Positions 55,094 to 57,012 of a stretch of DNA of 57,012 nt are shown one piece after another. Below the pieces are notes generated by a model, which saw only the letters and a list, made by a program, of their open reading frames with translations, did not search any database and was not told where the DNA came from. Source of the stretch: an uncultured Planctomycetales bacterium (GTDB lineage Bacteria > Omnitrophota > Gorgyraeia > Zapsychrales > JAHFFX01); contig CAYXGG010000012.1 of assembly GCA_964464475.1 (NCBI GenBank), positions 2,611 through 59,622 of the forward strand, read 5' to 3'. Within the stretch, counting starts at the first letter, position 1. Every line of letters begins with the position of its first letter. Made by a program: the position numbers and the translations under genes.

Positions 55094-57012
55094 ATGACTA
55101 GATTTTTAAAAAACGAAGATGGTAATTATTCGCTTGTTCAAGCGAGCTTCGTTTTTGTTTTAATGAGCGTTCTTTTATTAGGGACGCTTTTTTCTTTTTC
55201 TGAAGCCGGCCAATTATTATTTGATGGTGTGCCGGTGGATATCACCACTACGGACAACGAAGATTTAGTTATTACACCGGGTGATGGTGGTAACACGCAA
55301 ATCGGTGATTCTTTAAACAACAATGACTACGCCACTACTAATGATGATTTATACATCACTGGAATTTTAGAAGTCGATGGACGCGTGTACGCACCAACCG
55401 GTATCACGAGCGCTACCATCCTGCCCATAGCAAATTCATTACATGATTTAGGCAATTCCAGTACCTGCTGGGCTAACGTGTATTTAAACGAAATTCTCAG
55501 TTGCGGGGCCGCGCTCACCTTGACTCCGGCCAGTGGGTATAGCTTGCTGGGATCAGTCACTAAAAGTTCTACGGGTGACGAATATGGTTATTTACTTTCT
55601 TCAATCATTAACAAAACTTCCGGAAATTATACCGCGCTCAAAGTGGCTGTCACCGAAACAGCGGCCCCTGGAACCGCGGATAAGCTTTTGGATATGTTGG
55701 TGGGAACCACGAGCTATCTTCAAGTTTATAATGGCGCTAATTCCGCCAATTATGGCTTAGTGTCGATCGGCCCGGGGCCATGGAATGGGTCATCGTTAGG
55801 ATTTTTTAATGGTTCAACGAACGGTACGCAATTGGCCATCAATTCCGCCAGTTCGTTTACCGGGAACCTCGTTGATTTTCAAGTGGGGGGTGTCAGCAAA
55901 TTCAGCATTGATAAGGACGGTAATGTTTTCGCGGCCGGCTCTCTGGGGGGAGGTGGCGCTGTTACGGGAACAGGTACTGCGAACCGAGTCGCTAAATGGA
56001 GCAACGCCTCGACCTTAACCAGTTCGGGGATCGCTGATTCTTCTGACGCGGTCGCGGTCACTATTGACAGTAGTGAAAATATCGGCGTTGGAACCACTAG
56101 CCCCACCGGACGATTGGATGTTCAGGGAGATGAAGTTCGTATTTGGACGGGAGCGGGCACGAATACGAATGCAGTGTCTTCCGGTGAATTGTACGTAGAA
56201 GGTGATTTGGAAGTGGATGGCGTGCTTTATGGGGACGCGTCAGGATTAACTAATATTCCTTCTGCCGGCTGGACGGATGGGGGGACGACGATTCGGCTGA
56301 CAACCGCTTCCGATTTAGTGGGCGTGGGAACGACAACCGCGCAAACCAAATTACATATTTATGGCGCTAGTGGGTTACGTATCCAGGATGATGGTACTAA
56401 TAATTACTTAACTTTAGCTGAATTAAGTTCAGGTATTTATGGGTATTCTGATTCGGGGGTTTCGAGTTTTGTTTTTAATGGACAGAACGTTGGTATTGGC
56501 AGTACTTCGCCCGCTTCTCTATTAGATATAGCGGCTGGAGGATCCGGCTTACGTTTTGGGGCTGGAACGATGCAAGCTTATGGGGGCAGTCCGCTGATTT
56601 TTCAATTTGATGGAACGGCGCACGCGAATATGACCTCCAGTGGTTTTAATTTTCTAACCACGACCGCCTTCGGCAACAATTCGTCATCGTTAACGTCATC
56701 CGGGCGGATCGCTATCGGTACCTTGAACCCAACCGGAGCTTTGGATGTCAGGACCGATGAAGCGCGTATCTGGACGGGTGCCGGAACGAATACCAATGCC
56801 AATGCCGCTGGTGAATTATATGTGGAAGGTGATTTGGAAGTTGATGGAGTGATTTATGGCGATGGATCAGGCCTGACTAATATTACTACGGGTGGGTGGT
56901 CGGACAGCGGAACCAACGTCGCCTTGCAAACGCAGTCGGATAATGTGGGGATTGGGACAACGAGCCCGGTCAATAAATTAGATGTAGAGGGCGCGACCGT
57001 CATTGGGGCCGC
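55094..57012 (+). CDS. Large repetitive tail-fibre-like adhesin (3'-truncated; absent from ORF track)
   Basis: Manual translation from ATG 55094 is stop-free to the window end (>639 aa); hydrophobic N-terminus; repeated (N)VGIGTTSP-like motifs; Gly/Thr/Ser-rich. Confidence 0.85.
   Translation, partial: MTRFLKNEDGNYSLVQASFVFVLMSVLLLGTLFSFSEAGQLLFDGVPVDITTTDNEDLVITPGDGGNTQIGDSLNNNDYATTNDDLYITGILEVDGRVYAPTGITSATILPIANSLHDLGNSSTCWANVYLNEILSCGAALTLTPASGYSLLGSVTKSSTGDEYGYLLSSIINKTSGNYTALKVAVTETAAPGTADKLLDMLVGTTSYLQVYNGANSANYGLVSIGPGPWNGSSLGFFNGSTNGTQLAINSASSFTGNLVDFQVGGVSKFSIDKDGNVFAAGSLGGGGAVTGTGTANRVAKWSNASTLTSSGIADSSDAVAVTIDSSENIGVGTTSPTGRLDVQGDEVRIWTGAGTNTNAVSSGELYVEGDLEVDGVLYGDASGLTNIPSAGWTDGGTTIRLTTASDLVGVGTTTAQTKLHIYGASGLRIQDDGTNNYLTLAELSSGIYGYSDSGVSSFVFNGQNVGIGSTSPASLLDIAAGGSGLRFGAGTMQAYGGSPLIFQFDGTAHANMTSSGFNFLTTTAFGNNSSSLTSSGRIAIGTLNPTGALDVRTDEARIWTGAGTNTNANAAGELYVEGDLEVDGVIYGDGSGLTNITTGGWSDSGTNVALQTQSDNVGIGTTSPVNKLDVEGATVIGA
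56081..56970 (+). repeat. Intragenic duplicated module (about 85 aa, 627-bp offset)
   Basis: RIWTGAGTNTNA..GELYVEGDLEVDGV.YGD.SGLTNI...GW.D.GT occurs in copies starting near 56081 and 56708. Confidence 0.85.

Noticed and set aside
524-56802. The many short antisense or alternate-frame ORFs in the track (e.g. 8131-8433, 18862-19167, 30078-30389, 43792-44223, 53049-53450, 55138-56802)
   Set aside because: They lie inside well-supported genes and lack motifs or RBS; those after 55094 are shadows of the unlisted fibre ORF
55094-57012. Fibre gene as evidence of a prophage
   Set aside because: No integrase, capsid, terminase or tail genes in the window; the protein has an export-type N-terminus and is operonic with pilins

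Overview
Gene-dense bacterial chromosomal window of moderate GC, almost entirely on the + strand. I found no rRNA, tRNA, CRISPR array or transposase. The first 45 kb is mostly housekeeping and metabolic: pstA-pstB-pstB-phoU, assimilatory sulfate reduction (cysH-cysD-cysN, a chelatase, sulfite reductase plus FNR), mutY, surE, gltA, pepA, nfeD/slipin, fumC, ald, amrS, sodC, acs/cobB, sdhCAB, hemN-hemE-hemY, and two TMTC-like GT-C/TPR membrane proteins. The last 12 kb is a type IV filament (T2SS/T4P-like) operon: parA, pilM/N/O-like, a secretin with a TPR tail, gspF and four prepilins. It runs directly into a >639-aa ORF missing from the supplied track (55094 to beyond the window end), which encodes a repetitive phage-tail-fibre-like protein with a prepilin-like N-terminus. 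Other notable signals: a 221-bp TA-flanked palindromic element inserted in frame in a predicted prepilin leader, reciprocally degenerate PstB paralogues, a 17/19 Fur box, a Fur fragment lacking its DNA-binding domain, a response regulator that apparently starts at ACG, and a heptamer array between cysD and cysN. Gene content is reminiscent of PVC-group lineages such as Omnitrophota (inference only). All product calls come from motif recognition, not database searches.
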